DNA from: Nymphaea colorata
Taxonomy: Eukaryota
Direction of reading: 5' to 3'
Length of the DNA stretch: 64,000 nucleotides
NCBI RefSeq assembly: GCF_008831285.2
Contig: NC_045138.2
Span: forward strand, 28,644,001 to 28,708,000
In this document: positions 23,983-36,200 of the stretch, one piece after another
Layout of the letters: the number at the start of each line of letters is the position of its first letter
Numbering within the stretch: the stretch's first letter is position 1
The notes under the pieces: generated by a model
The model's input: only the letters and a program-made list of their open reading frames with translations
Told to the model about the DNA's origin: nothing
The model's database searches: none
Made by a program: the position numbers and the translations under genes

Positions 23983-24171
23983 GGTTCAAGTACAAGATAC
24001 TATCATTACCGCCTGGATAATTAGACATCCAACCCGTAATCGCAACGACTCAATTGCAAGAGTAGAGCTCTACCAACTAAGCTATATCCCCTGAGCGAAG
24101 TGGAGAATGTATGAAGGAGTCACATGCTTCTTTTATTCTTTTCCCTTGCAAAGTTGGGCCATAGTGGACTT
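23983..24171 (-). pseudogene. trnA-UGC: Nuclear plastid DNA (NUPT): 3' end of trnI-GAU exon 2, trnI-trnA spacer, trnA-UGC exon 1 (24091-24054) and the start of its group II intron; non-functional
   Basis: The minus strand reads AAGTCCACTATGGCCCA...GGGAAAAGAATAAAAGAAGCATGTGACTCCTTCATACATTCTCCACTTCGCTCA-GGGGATATAGCTTAGTTGGTAGAGCTCTACTCTTGCAA-TTGAGTCGTTGCGATTACGGGTTGGATGTCTAATTATCCAGGCGGTAATGATAGTATCTTGTA. This matches the conserved plastid inverted-repeat sequence as I recall it, with a 38-nt exon and UGC anticodon. Confidence 0.9.
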
Positions 24172-24181
24172 AGCCTTCCGG

Positions 24182-24229
24182 CGGCCTGATCTTAGGCCCT
24201 GACTCACCCTCCGTGGACGAACCTTCCGG
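24182..24229 (-). pseudogene. rrn23: NUPT: fragment of about 45 bp of plastid 23S rRNA
   Basis: The minus strand reads AAGGTTCGTCCACGGAGGGTGAGTCAGGGCCTAAGATCAGGCCG, a recognised internal plastid 23S rRNA segment. It abuts the trnI/trnA fragment. Confidence 0.8.
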
Positions 24230-26954
24230 CCCGGGGGCACACATCAGTCAGTCTCGCGATTTGTCGAGGGCATAATTGTCTTATTTCAGGTGCATCCACA
24301 AAGGGGACGCCCGCGTTCATAACCTTGCATTTAGAGAAATTGTATTTTATTAAATAAAGTCATTATTGTCCTTATCTTTATTGACAATGTTCAAAGCGAG
24401 CCCCCATTTTTGGAATATCTCGCTATATTCGCATCCTCGCAATAAATTTTCCAATTAATGCCATCCGAATTTGTTTACTTTCCTGTCTGGATGAGGTGGG
24501 CCCCGCACCTTATCTTCCTGCCTTCCTCGTTGACCGTGAGAATGGATCCGGTAATGTCTCGTCTCCATTTGGATCCGTGGGTCCAAAAACGTATCGAAAT
24601 TGGACTTAAACTTATTTGGGATTCGGAACACTATCGTCTACCATATCCATTTCTATTTTTGGTTTATCGATATAATCCGGAAGTTTTATCCGAACCTAGA
24701 TAATCCTTTTTGGATTTAACTGAGGCCCGGCTTCGCGATATCGATCCAATATATGACCCGTTTGAAGGCAATTCCGTGGTCCGATTGGTGGGGACGAATC
24801 TGGAATTTGTTTAAATGCCGGAGGATTTCGAAGTAATTTAAATTTCGACGGAGGAGGGCTCGTTTCCTTGCACTTGAAGTTCGGGAGTTGCGTGGGAGGA
24901 GTGAATGGTTCTTAACTACCGTTTTACCCTTACTTTATTCTTAAATGACCAAATTCCCATCCGTGCGTTGGACGTTAGCTGGACGGGGTCTTCATCGAGC
25001 CTTCCAGGGAAAGTTCCGGACACAACTCCGATTCCGATTCAAATACTGGATAATGTTCCCATAATATCCAGATCCCAGACATCAATCTCAAGTTGCCCCC
25101 AATTTCAGATGCCAATGGATTTGAGTTCTTGGATATGGATTGAAGACCCTGGATCAGATTCAATTTTTGAAATAGATCTGGCGCAACATTAGTTGGTTCT
25201 TTGGATGTTGGTGGACTCAGTTAATCTGCGCAGTTAAGAATATCGTTAATTGGATCCATAATCCATGTACAAGTCTGGATTGAGTGCAATTCAAAGGTTA
25301 AGTTGGATCAGGAGTTAATTTTGGATCAGATCCAGTATGTTCGCATTTGACATACGTGCAAGACGCACAATTTCCACAGTCCCTTCATCTTAAGCCATCA
25401 GTAGCGTTATTCACAAACCTGGACTCAGATCTGGTTCTTTCTTTACCCGAGATGTTTACAATACAATTCCCTTTTAGAGAGTGGAGCACATATTCGGCAT
25501 TTCGGCAATTGTCGGGGGACAGTTGAGCGAATTGGAAGGGCGGCCTGCCACGTGTACGGTTAAGAATCGAGCCGCCCTTCATGGCTTTCGTCCCAAGGAA
25601 GCGCGTGACTCGTGTAGGGACCGAGATGGCAATTCAATGCCCCATGTAGGGGTAGTATCGTAATTACGTTTTGGTATTGGATAATGACACGTTGTACGAA
25701 ACTTTAGGCGTTCGATGCACCTGAGAGCCCCATTGGCTCCGCTTTATGCGCTTGGATCTTCTGGAGACCCGTTAGCGCGTCAGTCCTACTCCTACTCCTC
25801 GCCCGCCACCACGGCCGGGTCACGGTCCCGGATTCAGGTGCCAGATCCGGGTCAGATCTAGAAGTTCAACCAGACCCGATGGCCCGGGCTGGACCCTTGC
25901 CGAGCCCATCTTTCTCCTAAGTCCGGTATGGGCTTATAATACGTAGCTATTGCTCTAAGTTTGGTGCCTAAATAGCAAATCTAAAGGTCGTTTGGTACCA
26001 ATAACAAATTGTTACTATCCAATGAAGCTGTATCAAAAATTAATGGTGAACTCTGGCTTGTTTACTGCATCTCCTTGATCAACTCAAGGACTTGGACTGA
26101 CCCTCGGCTAGGTCCACTGAAGTGACCTAGGTGACTTACAAAGTCTACCTCACCAAATGACTAGGTTTAGCTTCAAATTCGTGGTCATTATTCGCTTGAC
26201 AGTCAGTCAAGGCACTAGGAAACTTCCTCGGATTTGAGTCAAAATCCGACCCGGTGACCGGCGACTTCATGGAAGGGACCCCTTCAAACCCCACCAAGTC
26301 CTTGTCATGTCCTTGGACTGGGACACACCATGCTCCAAATTTGGCTTTATTGTCATTTTCATACTCAAGGGTCAAAGGCCAAAATCGTCGTCAATTTGGA
26401 GTCAACATAATACAAAACATGCACCCAATGGCTTTATTTAGGATAAGAAAGGTAGAAGAGATATGTAATCAGTTTTGGATATAGCAAATCCAAAACTTTA
26501 TTGTTGGTGTTTCATAAAGCATTGGTTAAGGTATAAAGAAAGGAAGATGTTGCCCAAGAAATGAAATTTCACAATTCAATGAGGACCCACCATGGACTTT
26601 GCCACATGTTGGGGTAGACATCAAACAAAATGGCAAAGAGAAAAATGAAACCCTAAGTTAAAAGACTTCCAACTTATATTTCTAAAGTTTTCATGTTGGA
26701 TCTCTCTCACCTAACACCCAACCTCCATTGACAAATTTGAGTTCATCAAGATGAGACTTGAGAGTCAATAGATCTGCTCTGTGTTCATACCTTACCTTTC
26801 AAGTTGAAGAAGGTCAAGAATCCATGGAAAATCCAACATCTAGCGTCTTTTGCAATAATTTCGACAATGTCTACCTAACTTCAACTTATTAAAGAAAAAA
26901 ACAGCCCTAACGATGCTTTCGCAATATAATCTAAGACCCAATCCTAATCACAGT

Positions 26955-27240
26955 CATGCTTGAACTCGAGCCAAGCATTACAAAGTCAGCTTGAGTTCGA
27001 CTCATTTCAGTGCGAATAAAAAATCAAAGGAAAGAAAAAAATTCATACGAAGGTAACTTGACTCGAACCAATCAAGTTTAACCGATGACTTGACTCGACT
27101 CATTTATAACTCGAGCTTTAAACAAAGCTCAAGCTTGATTTGTTTGTAAAATGAGTAGAGATCCAGACTTGTTTGTTAAATGAGTTGAGCTCAAGTCTAG
27201 CATAAACTGAATCGTGTTGACTCGATGTTCAGCCTTACAT
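26955..27240. mobile_element. Degenerate MITE-like element of the GAGCTCGA/CTCGACTC-rich family
   Basis: Dense CTCGAGC/CTCGACTC/GAGCTCAAG motifs, ending in TGTTCAGCCTTA like other copies. Confidence 0.5.
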
Positions 27241-28624
27241 AATAGTTGCCTGTTAAAAGAATGCGACTCCCCATTAAGCCAACCCATTTTTAAATACTGA
27301 CTATTTAAAAATGATGGAATCCTGCTAATATGTGGCTGAGGTTTATCATAGCATTGTGGGATCCATTTAATGTCTGTATTTTCGAGGGAGTATTTATGAG
27401 GGAGTTTGTTGAAAGGACATTGCATTTTTGCAACCCATGTCCTTATAGGCCTTACTTCAAATATATGGATTTTAAGATGCAAGGATTACGTATTCTTACC
27501 CTAATTCATGCTTCTTTCAAACAAAATATGTCATTCCTTCGTAAGAAATCAAAGATATCAAAGTTTGGGATAAAAAATTCCAAAACCTGACACCTTGGAT
27601 TTTACATTTAATGCAATCAAACGTCTTCTAGATGACCTTCTAGGGTCAACCAAAAAGATGAGACGAAGACAAAAAGGAAGTTTAGTATCTTTTTTTTTTT
27701 GTCTTCTTTTTCAGAAAAGACTTTTTTCATTGCACTTTCAAGAGGACTTTTTTTGTTTTTTTACAAATTTAGAGTTCAATTTTTTTTTTTTTTTTTACAA
27801 ATTTAGAGTTCAAACTGCTTGCTCTTAATCCAAATGAAAGCACCCCATAGAGCACATGCTCCTGAAATCTAGCAGATCTGTCTGATGGAAGCATTATCAT
27901 TATGCTTTCAATCGTATCAATGTTATATGTATATGTATAAACGTTAGACCATAGTGTTCAATATTACGACAATCTGACGACACCAATATATAGTTGAAAA
28001 CCCATAAAAATTTACAAAATCCAATTCTCAAACATATTAAATATTAATAATTTAAGTTCACTATATCATAATTAAAATCTTATTTATACATTAGATTCTT
28101 ACTATTATTTTAGACAGTATGAAATTTGATCAATCCCACATAACTGACTTGCCAGAAAACATGCGGATTGGCTAAAAGGGCCAGATGGGTCAATGGCATG
28201 TGGCATTGAGCAATGATATATATATATATATACTTTAGGTCAGGTGGGCACGTGCCGGCGGTAGACAAAGATCTGACATCCACTATGTTCCAACATGCCC
28301 GAGATAGAAGATATATGAGTAAAAAAATGTGGGAGGGACCTAGGGCTTCATGGTCTAATGGAGTGTATAATATTTTTTTAAGAAAAATGTTATCTTGAAG
28401 AATCATTTTGGAGTCTTTCACACGCTAAAATAAATTAGATTAAGCTGACTTTAACGATGTCACGTGTAGAGAGCGAAGTTTCATTCACATAAACGGCACG
28501 AACAAATTTTTCATTCTTAGTAGCACCAACAATCATTAGGGTTCCAGAGGATTAGGTTTTGTGGAAACTGCTAGATAAGAGCTATCAAATTGAAATGTTG
28601 TATGATCTTTAGAGTCCAAAGTTT

Positions 28625-29029
28625 TCACTTGGCTCAGCTAGTCCAGCGAGCTTGAGCCGAGTTATTTGTTTAATAAGTCAAGCTCAAGTTCATGAGTCGA
28701 TTAGTTCAAATAATTGAGTTGAGTTTGAGCTCAACATGTAACTGCCGAGTCGAGCTCGAGCCTTAATCAAGTCGATATTTTCAAACGAGTTTATGAGTTT
28801 GGCGAGCCTTAATCGAGTCGAGCTTGAGCTCAACACGTAACGATGAATATCAATTATATTCTAACGAGTTTGTCGGGCCTTAATCGAGTCGAGCTCGAGC
28901 TCAACATGTAACTGCCAAATCGAGCTCGAGCTGCTTTCGTCGAACTATTCTTGAGCTCGAGGTTTTATTAGCCGAGCCGAGCTCAAGCTAACTGAACTCG
29001 GGCTTGACTCGGCTTGTGTTCACTCCTAG
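28625..29029. mobile_element. MITE-like non-autonomous DNA transposon (GAGCTCGAG-rich family)
   Basis: Many GAGTCGAGCTCGAG units. The end GGCTTGTGTTCACTCCTAG is the near reverse complement of the start of the 50750 copy. Confidence 0.7.
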
Positions 29030-30644
29030 TGGTGGGTCAATGGCACGAGTCGAGCTCGACTGATACCAACACGGAGTCCACGGTGTGAACCACACGGCCT
29101 ATTGACTTACATGGTGCCGCCCAACGGGCAATCAGCGAAAGCTTGACACTAGGCCCACAAAAAAAAAAGCTGTCTTACCAAATCAAGCCAATCATGACTA
29201 GGGGCCAGGTTTTGGGGCAACTACAAGCCAGTCTTAATGTTCAATCACTTTCATGTAAGCTTTTATCTTGTTTTTATATCATTAGGCCCACTGCCGTATG
29301 TCGGCCCATAGCATTTATATTTATAGTCAATTTTGGATTTGTTTGTTCTTCATTGGGGTTGAGTGCATTCTTGAAGCATAGTACCTTATCCACCATAGTA
29401 GTCTAAAATGTTTGGTTCTCATTAGCCAATTAGTGGAAAGTTATGCCCACATGCAAGTTATCACCAAAAGGGCACTTGGGTTTTGCTTGTGGAACTCCGC
29501 CTAATAAATTTCCTAAGGCACATCTTTTTATGTTCCCAAGTTTAGATGTGAGAATCTAATTCTCCCCTACACTTTTAGGGAGAAAATTAAAAAAAACTTT
29601 GCTCCAAACTTGTATATAAGGATTTAATTACCCATAGAAGGATAAGAAAACTTTACATGCAGCGTTTGTGTCTTTGGTGGAACTGCAGAGATCAAACACC
29701 CTTTGAGTCTCATAAGTTTGAAACACCCATGCCTCAAGGGGCATAGAGCAATCATGCACCAACATGACTCAAGAGATCTAATGTTCAAATCCTGTGGTCG
29801 TTGTCAAGTTTTTGTGTATTACTCATCTAAGCTGCATATGGTGGCAAACGAGATATTTGAGTTGGAAGATATACCATAAGCCCACTCAGGCCCTGAAACA
29901 AGTCAGAACCTTCAAAGTACAAGGGTATGGTCTTTAAGGGTTTTATATCGAAGACGGTTTCTTTTAAGTAAACAATAAAAAAAAGTTTGAAACATCCAAA
30001 AATTTGGAAAACATCAGCAATGAGCTCATAGAAAGAGGTAAAAGAGAACATTGGTAAAATTTCAAAGTTACAATGTTAGATGTGATGGCTCACTGGCCAG
30101 GGTGAGACATGAAAAAACAAAGGGCCCTTGGCTTTGAAATTTTCACTGCAACACATTTATCTTGGAAAAAACATGCTTGAAAAGTACGTGGGGATTGCGT
30201 GCAGCGATGGCTCTCTCTGTGCAGCTTCATATCAAACAAATCTCCAGGTCGTTATCTCCATGAATTTCGGCGGTACTGCAGTGGCAAGAGTTGCTCAATG
30301 TATACGTATCTGATGGTCAAGCAGACGTATAAATCTCACCTAAGATTCTTACTCTGCATTTTTGAGCACACGCAGAAGACCATCTTCGAAGTTGAAGTCA
30401 TGTGAGCCAGAGAATCATTTGGCCTCTATCTTATTCTTAAAGAGATACAACATCCCTTCTTCTGCTTTTTTTTTTTTCACATGCAAATGATAAAAGGCCA
30501 AGTCTAAAGGCGTGTTTGAATGGTGTAAGATAGTTCATGAGATTGAGTGTTTTCAGATACCTCTCTTCTATCTTGCCTTGAGTTTTGTGTGGCAAATCAC
30601 ATGCATGTTTGGGACCAACATTTCAAAGTACATATTGAGTGAGT

Positions 30645-30980
30645 AAGGGTGACCGGGCCACGGAAGGGGCAAGGTACCCGACCTAGTTCGGCCCGTCGGT
30701 GGGGACCCCATACCCGGCCAGTTCAGGCCTGGGCTCGAAAAACTTTGTCTGATTAATTTTAAAATTATTTATTATTAATAATATATATTTGTTATTAAAA
30801 ATATATTTTATATTAAAAAATTCATTTTGTAATTAAAAAAATGCTTTTTATTATAACGGAGCTGAGCCCAGGTTTCGAGTATCGAGCCCAGAGCTGGGCC
30901 CGACTTTCATACATCGGGCCCACGCCTAGACACAACTTTCAGACATCGGGCCCAGGCCTGGGCCCGACTTTTGCCCTTGG
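30645..30980. mobile_element. MITE-like element with GGGCCC/GGCCCG-rich arms and an AT-rich core
   Basis: GC-rich arms with repeated GGGCC flank an AT-only core (30750-30855). The ends AAGGGTGA.../...TTGCCCTT are loosely inverted. Confidence 0.5.
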
Positions 30981-31065
30981 GGTCCAAGACTACTTCATGG
31001 GTGAAAAGTTACATATCCGTCAACTAAAATATTGTGCATTCACTGTTTGTGGTCTAAAAGAATAG

Positions 31066-31127
31066 AACCCATGAGAATCAAACTAAAGACCAGCTCACCA
31101 GTTCAACCAGCTAAGCTACGTTCGTTG
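31066..31127 (-). mobile_element. Possible degenerate tRNA-derived SINE head
   Basis: The minus strand has an A-box-like TAGCTTAGCTGG and a B-box-like GTTTGATTC. There is no full cloverleaf. Confidence 0.3.
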
Positions 31128-33258
31128 AAACTAAAAAGATGCATTATTAATGATCATGATGGTTAAACGTACTTATCACATCTTAAATTCGTCAACGATG
31201 ATTTCTTTCTTTCCCTATCGCCTAAAAGGGGCAAGAAAAAAAAATGTGGATGATCACTGCCTCAAGCAGATAGCTAACTTGACTAGGCGCCTGGCGCTTG
31301 CGTTTCTTCTTGTGCACCTTCCCACTCTAAAGCCACCCAATGTGATCAACATGATTTCTTTAACTAAAAGCCCAAGAACTCAAGAACAAAAAAAAAAAAA
31401 AAAAAAAAAGCTCCCTTCAGTAAAGATAATCTCATTAATTCTTCCAAGGATGCTCATATGAAGTTGCTGAGCCTTTAAATTCTTGTAGTGAAACTTGATC
31501 GGTATGCAACTGGTCATGGTTCAAATCTCATGAGCATCACTTTTCGCGCAAGCCAGTTTTCTAGGTGTTGCAACTTCGAGCGCGAAAGTATACTCAGAGA
31601 GGTTTAGGCTGCGTTTGTTTAGCGCAGACCAAACCCAATCTCAGCTCCATGGATTTAAGGTCCGTCCAGTGGACGTGAGATCCACGCCGGAACTTGCTGC
31701 TGAAATCCAACGTTTGTTTAAACAGTCGATTTCGCGCGACATTTATTTGATATTAAAGAACTCAGATCTGGATTTTATCTTTCAATTGTGAGAAAAGAGT
31801 AGCTAGAGTGTGCAAGTGTAGCCCCAAACTAGATGAGCTTCTTCTTTTCTCTGGGGAGAAGAAAGGTTTTGTTTTCCCAGTGGTTCTGCAACTAGTGACA
31901 ATTAATCTCGCGCTAAGAGAAACATGTACTCAAAGTCGTTTCTTGGCACCAAACAGGCCACAATTTGTTGTAGAAACAAGATTACCAAGAAATTCCATGT
32001 ATTCACTACATAAACATAATGAATACTAATCTAGGTAGACAGGTAACTAGTCTAAATGCACATTAGATGCTAGCTCGAAATCTTGACGTAGTGTTAACAA
32101 CCTCTTGAATAAAAAATGGTGTGAGAAAAATTATAACTATGATAATATCAAGCCTTGTAGTATCGTATTGAGGATCTAACGAGCACATCGTGAGATAATC
32201 TAATCTACAAGCAGTAGTAAATGTCGTGAACGTTCTCAGCCAAAAGGATTCTAAATGCTCTAAAACTGACATTTCTTTATGCTGTGTTTGATAGTCTTGG
32301 ATCTTAAATTCGAGGCTGCCTTAAGAGGTATGTTTTGGGAGATGGTAGCGTGAATTTTAAATCTATGTTACATGTTAAAAACTATGGATTGAAGGTCAGA
32401 TTCAGGGGGAGGGAGGTCCGAGTTCATGTGAGCAAGTTCATCGACTAGAAGCCAATGGAAACCACATCTTACCTCGTTAAAAGGCAAGATGTGAAATCTT
32501 CAATTTGGAAAAGAAGTTCGGAGTTTAATGCCTAAGGGGTCGATTGACATTATGAACAAGGCTTAAGTGTTTCATGAATCTGCTCCAAAATTCAAATGCA
32601 AAAATTTAAGCTTGAACACAAAGTAAGTGACCTGTTGAGCATGAACTTAGTTCATATACAAATTCGCATGCTTATAAATAGGCCAACGTTTAAACAGATC
32701 ATCATCTGAGTTGGATCCAAATTCTGCTAGGTAGTGACTACCCAGATTTGGACTATTTACTATAGATCGGAGGTCAATAGTTCCGATATATTGAATGTTT
32801 TCAAATGTAAAGAATTAGAAAGTTCACATCAGATTAGGAATTAAAGTTATTGTATATGTTTTCTTTTAGCTTATCTCATAGATAACTAACTTTGACAAGC
32901 ATTCGGATCTAGTTACGTGCAGGATCCTGTAAAGGTTTTTGTTGAAAAACGAATCGGATTCAGAATCCGATAATCGGATATCACAATAAGGTACACCGGA
33001 TTTGAATCCAATCAGCGTATATCCCTCCGCCTGAGTCGGCGTACGATGGGCAGAGAGTGCCACAACGATGGCGCCGATCTCGTGCTGCCTGTTTTGCCTA
33101 ACAACACAGCAAGAACAATTAGAAAAGGGTTCAGGAAAAATATAGGGAGAAGAATACGAAGACCCAAGACTCTAAATTGGTGATTTTGCCGGGGAAGTGC
33201 GAAAACTGTCCGGATCTTCTGAGGAGAAACGCGGGGTAGACCGATAATCGGCGGCAAG

Positions 33259-36200
33259 ATGGACGAGCGTCTGCAGATGGAACGCGTCAGAGAGCTCGAC
33301 ATGGAGCAGCTGGAGGTGGAAGAGGTGGACGACGATGGCCGCCATTCTTCTTCCTCCGAAGAATCGAGGTCGCGGGAGAAATCTCCCATTCCCTCTTCTG
33401 GTTCTCTGGTTCTTTCTCCTTTTCGTGATGTTGGCGGTTCATTTCTTTCGTTGTAATGGATATTTCTCTTGGATTACGTGGAGTTTCGGGTGAATTTATC
33501 GAGCTTATTCTCACGTTGTGAGGATAACTGCGAGCCTGTTCTTAGTCAGTTGCACTTTTTAAAAAGAATTCTTAATCCGAAGTTTTGGAATTGTGCTGCA
33601 TCTTTGTCCGACCATTACTTTTTGCCGCGTTCTTTCGTGGCAGTATTTCGATTGTCATGAGCTTTTTGTTTGGCGAACGAGTGTTGGAATATGTGTTCTT
33701 GATTTTGGGTTTTCATCATTTTGGTGTTGAGTTGAATCGGTAATTAGCTGAGGTTTGTGCTAATTTGTGTTTTTCGAATGAACCTTCTTTGCACTTTGCT
33801 GCAATTGGAGTGAGTATTCAGCACCAACCACGTTATGCTTACCCGCGATTCTGTTGCTTTATTTCTTGTTACAGTCGTAGTCCATTAGTGTTTCTTTGTT
33901 CCTGAATGTGGAATGTTTCTGAGTCTGAGGTGTTCTTCTATGATTTTCTGTGATGCAGCGGGTGCCATGACGACGGTGGGACGGGTTCATTTGGTCGACT
34001 CACATTTGACACTGGCTTGGCTTCAATGCATGCCTACCTCGGTGGTGGGTGTACATGATTCTTCTTTCTTGTTCTCCCCATTTTTTGTTGGTTATGGCTG
34101 CAGTTAATATTAGAGCCCTTATGTGGTGGACTGTACATGCAGAGGTTGATGACACTCATCATAGGATGCCATTCCTGGATGGGGGTACCATCATCGATTT
34201 GCCAATGTTCTACCTTGAAGGTTGGTTTTGGTGTTTGAATGTTCAGTTATCTATACCAAGTTGTAACAACATATATTTCGTTCTTTATTTCCAGGGATCC
34301 AGGACTAACGTAGTTGTTGAACAGTTTTGCCTCTCATTTAGCGGTTTAGCGCTTTACTGCTACGTTTGACATGATTTGATGCCTGTTCTAGTTAAAATAT
34401 CATCTATACTCGCAGCATCCTCAGTAAGAAGCACAAAAGTGCATTTATATTCCCTCAAGTAATTGCTAACATTGGGTGGACTGGAATTGATAAAACTGCT
34501 GAAGGACTTGCTTATTTTTGGACTAGCCTATGTCATAGACATTGTGGTTATGGATTCTATGTCCAGTTTGGCTATCAATTTAACGTTGGGTAATTTCTTG
34601 ATTCCTGCAGGCATCGTTCTTTTTCCAGAAGCAACGATCCCTTTTAGAGTCATTCAACCTAGGTTTGTGGCGGCTGTAGAGAGAGCAATGGGACAGGTCG
34701 ATGCTCCTTGTTTAATTGGTGTGGTATGTTTTCTTTCCTTGTAATAAAGATAGTTGCATACTTCATTTATGTTATTTATCCTTTTCTTTTTGTTCTTTAT
34801 TTCATGAAGCATCATTTCTTGTGTACATTCTGTAGGTTCGCGTGCATAGGTCACATGCTAATGGGCTTCGCTTTGCATCAGTGGGTACTACAGCAGAGGT
34901 ATGGCTGCATTACTCCTTAAGAGTGTCCCCTAGTATGGTATTTGTATGCTTTTTAGGCTTGATATATTTCTCTGTTCTAGTTTGATACATTAATTTCAAC
35001 GACGATGCATTCAATCATCTGCCGTTGTTTTCTGTGACTCAGTTGATTTCCTTTTCTATTAGATGGTTTATTTGCTTTCATTTAAGAGAACTATTTGCAT
35101 ATTAGCAGTTTGCAGTTTACCAGCAAGTGGTATAATTTTGCCTTTTTGATTCCTGTTTATTAGTTTTTCCTGCTTGCTTTGTCTTTTAGATACATAATCT
35201 ATTAATCTCTTGTATCTCACATCTTTTACTAAGGGTAAATGATAAAAGAATTGCATGATGAAGTTGAATCATTGGAACTGTATCTAAATCTTTTGCCTAG
35301 GCTATTGGGTGGGGCCTGTTCTAGGAAGTGGGAAATTGCTTGTTCAATTGGTTTTCTGGTTGTTTGTGGACTGGTTGGACAAAAGTTGCATTTGCTGTTC
35401 CAAGACAGTGTATCTAGTGTGGATGTTAGTATGTTAAGAAAGCAATATTTCTTCAGTGTCTTAGATGGTCAAAATTTCCACACATTTTTAGGCTTAAGTT
35501 CAAAGACATGTCTTTGGATCTGATTGGATTCCTGACAAGAGGTTACAGTTGACATTTTTTTCTGGCTTATCTGACATAGTCCAGTCCATATTTAACCCAT
35601 GACTGGCTGTCAGGCTGTTTGAATTCATGCTGAGTTGATACATCAGAGGATCATAATATAGAGAAAACAGGTGCTGTAAACGTGTCATGTTTTGAAAATA
35701 ACATCCTTTTCAGAATATTTTGCTAGTTGAGTAATTACCCACTTGATTCAACCTCCTAAGTTACATTTTTGTTTCATGATGTGTCCACACCTTTTATTGG
35801 CATAAGATGCAACATTTTTTCTGTCTGCACACCGGCATAAAATGCACAGTTGTTTGAATCACTCGCTCTGCCATTGACGCATATATTTTCCCCTCTCTGA
35901 TGGATCGTTTGTATCTGGACTCCTCACCACTGCTCAAATCATCTTATTCACTAGGGCAATGCACATCAATTCTGATATGCATAAAACATCGCGATCTTTA
36001 TGGTGATAAGTTTCATTCTTGACCTATAGATACTCAATATGCCATTCCCTGGCAGTTTCTAGAATGTTTCATCACATTCAAATTTGTACAGAACTTTAAC
36101 TGGTGGTTGTTTGTCTTTGTAAATTTCTAATTTTGAACAGATTAAACAATATCGTCGATTAGAAGATGGTTCCCTGAACATCGTTGCTCGTGGCCAACAA

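Noticed and set aside
24054..24091. Functional tRNA-Ala gene
   Set aside because: Only exon 1 and about 70 nt of the group II intron are present, with substitutions. It is a NUPT fragment.
33046..33183. Upstream ATG ORFs (45 aa and 25 aa) before cereblon
   Set aside because: The TSS is unknown and these ATGs may lie in the promoter. I recognise no conserved peptide.
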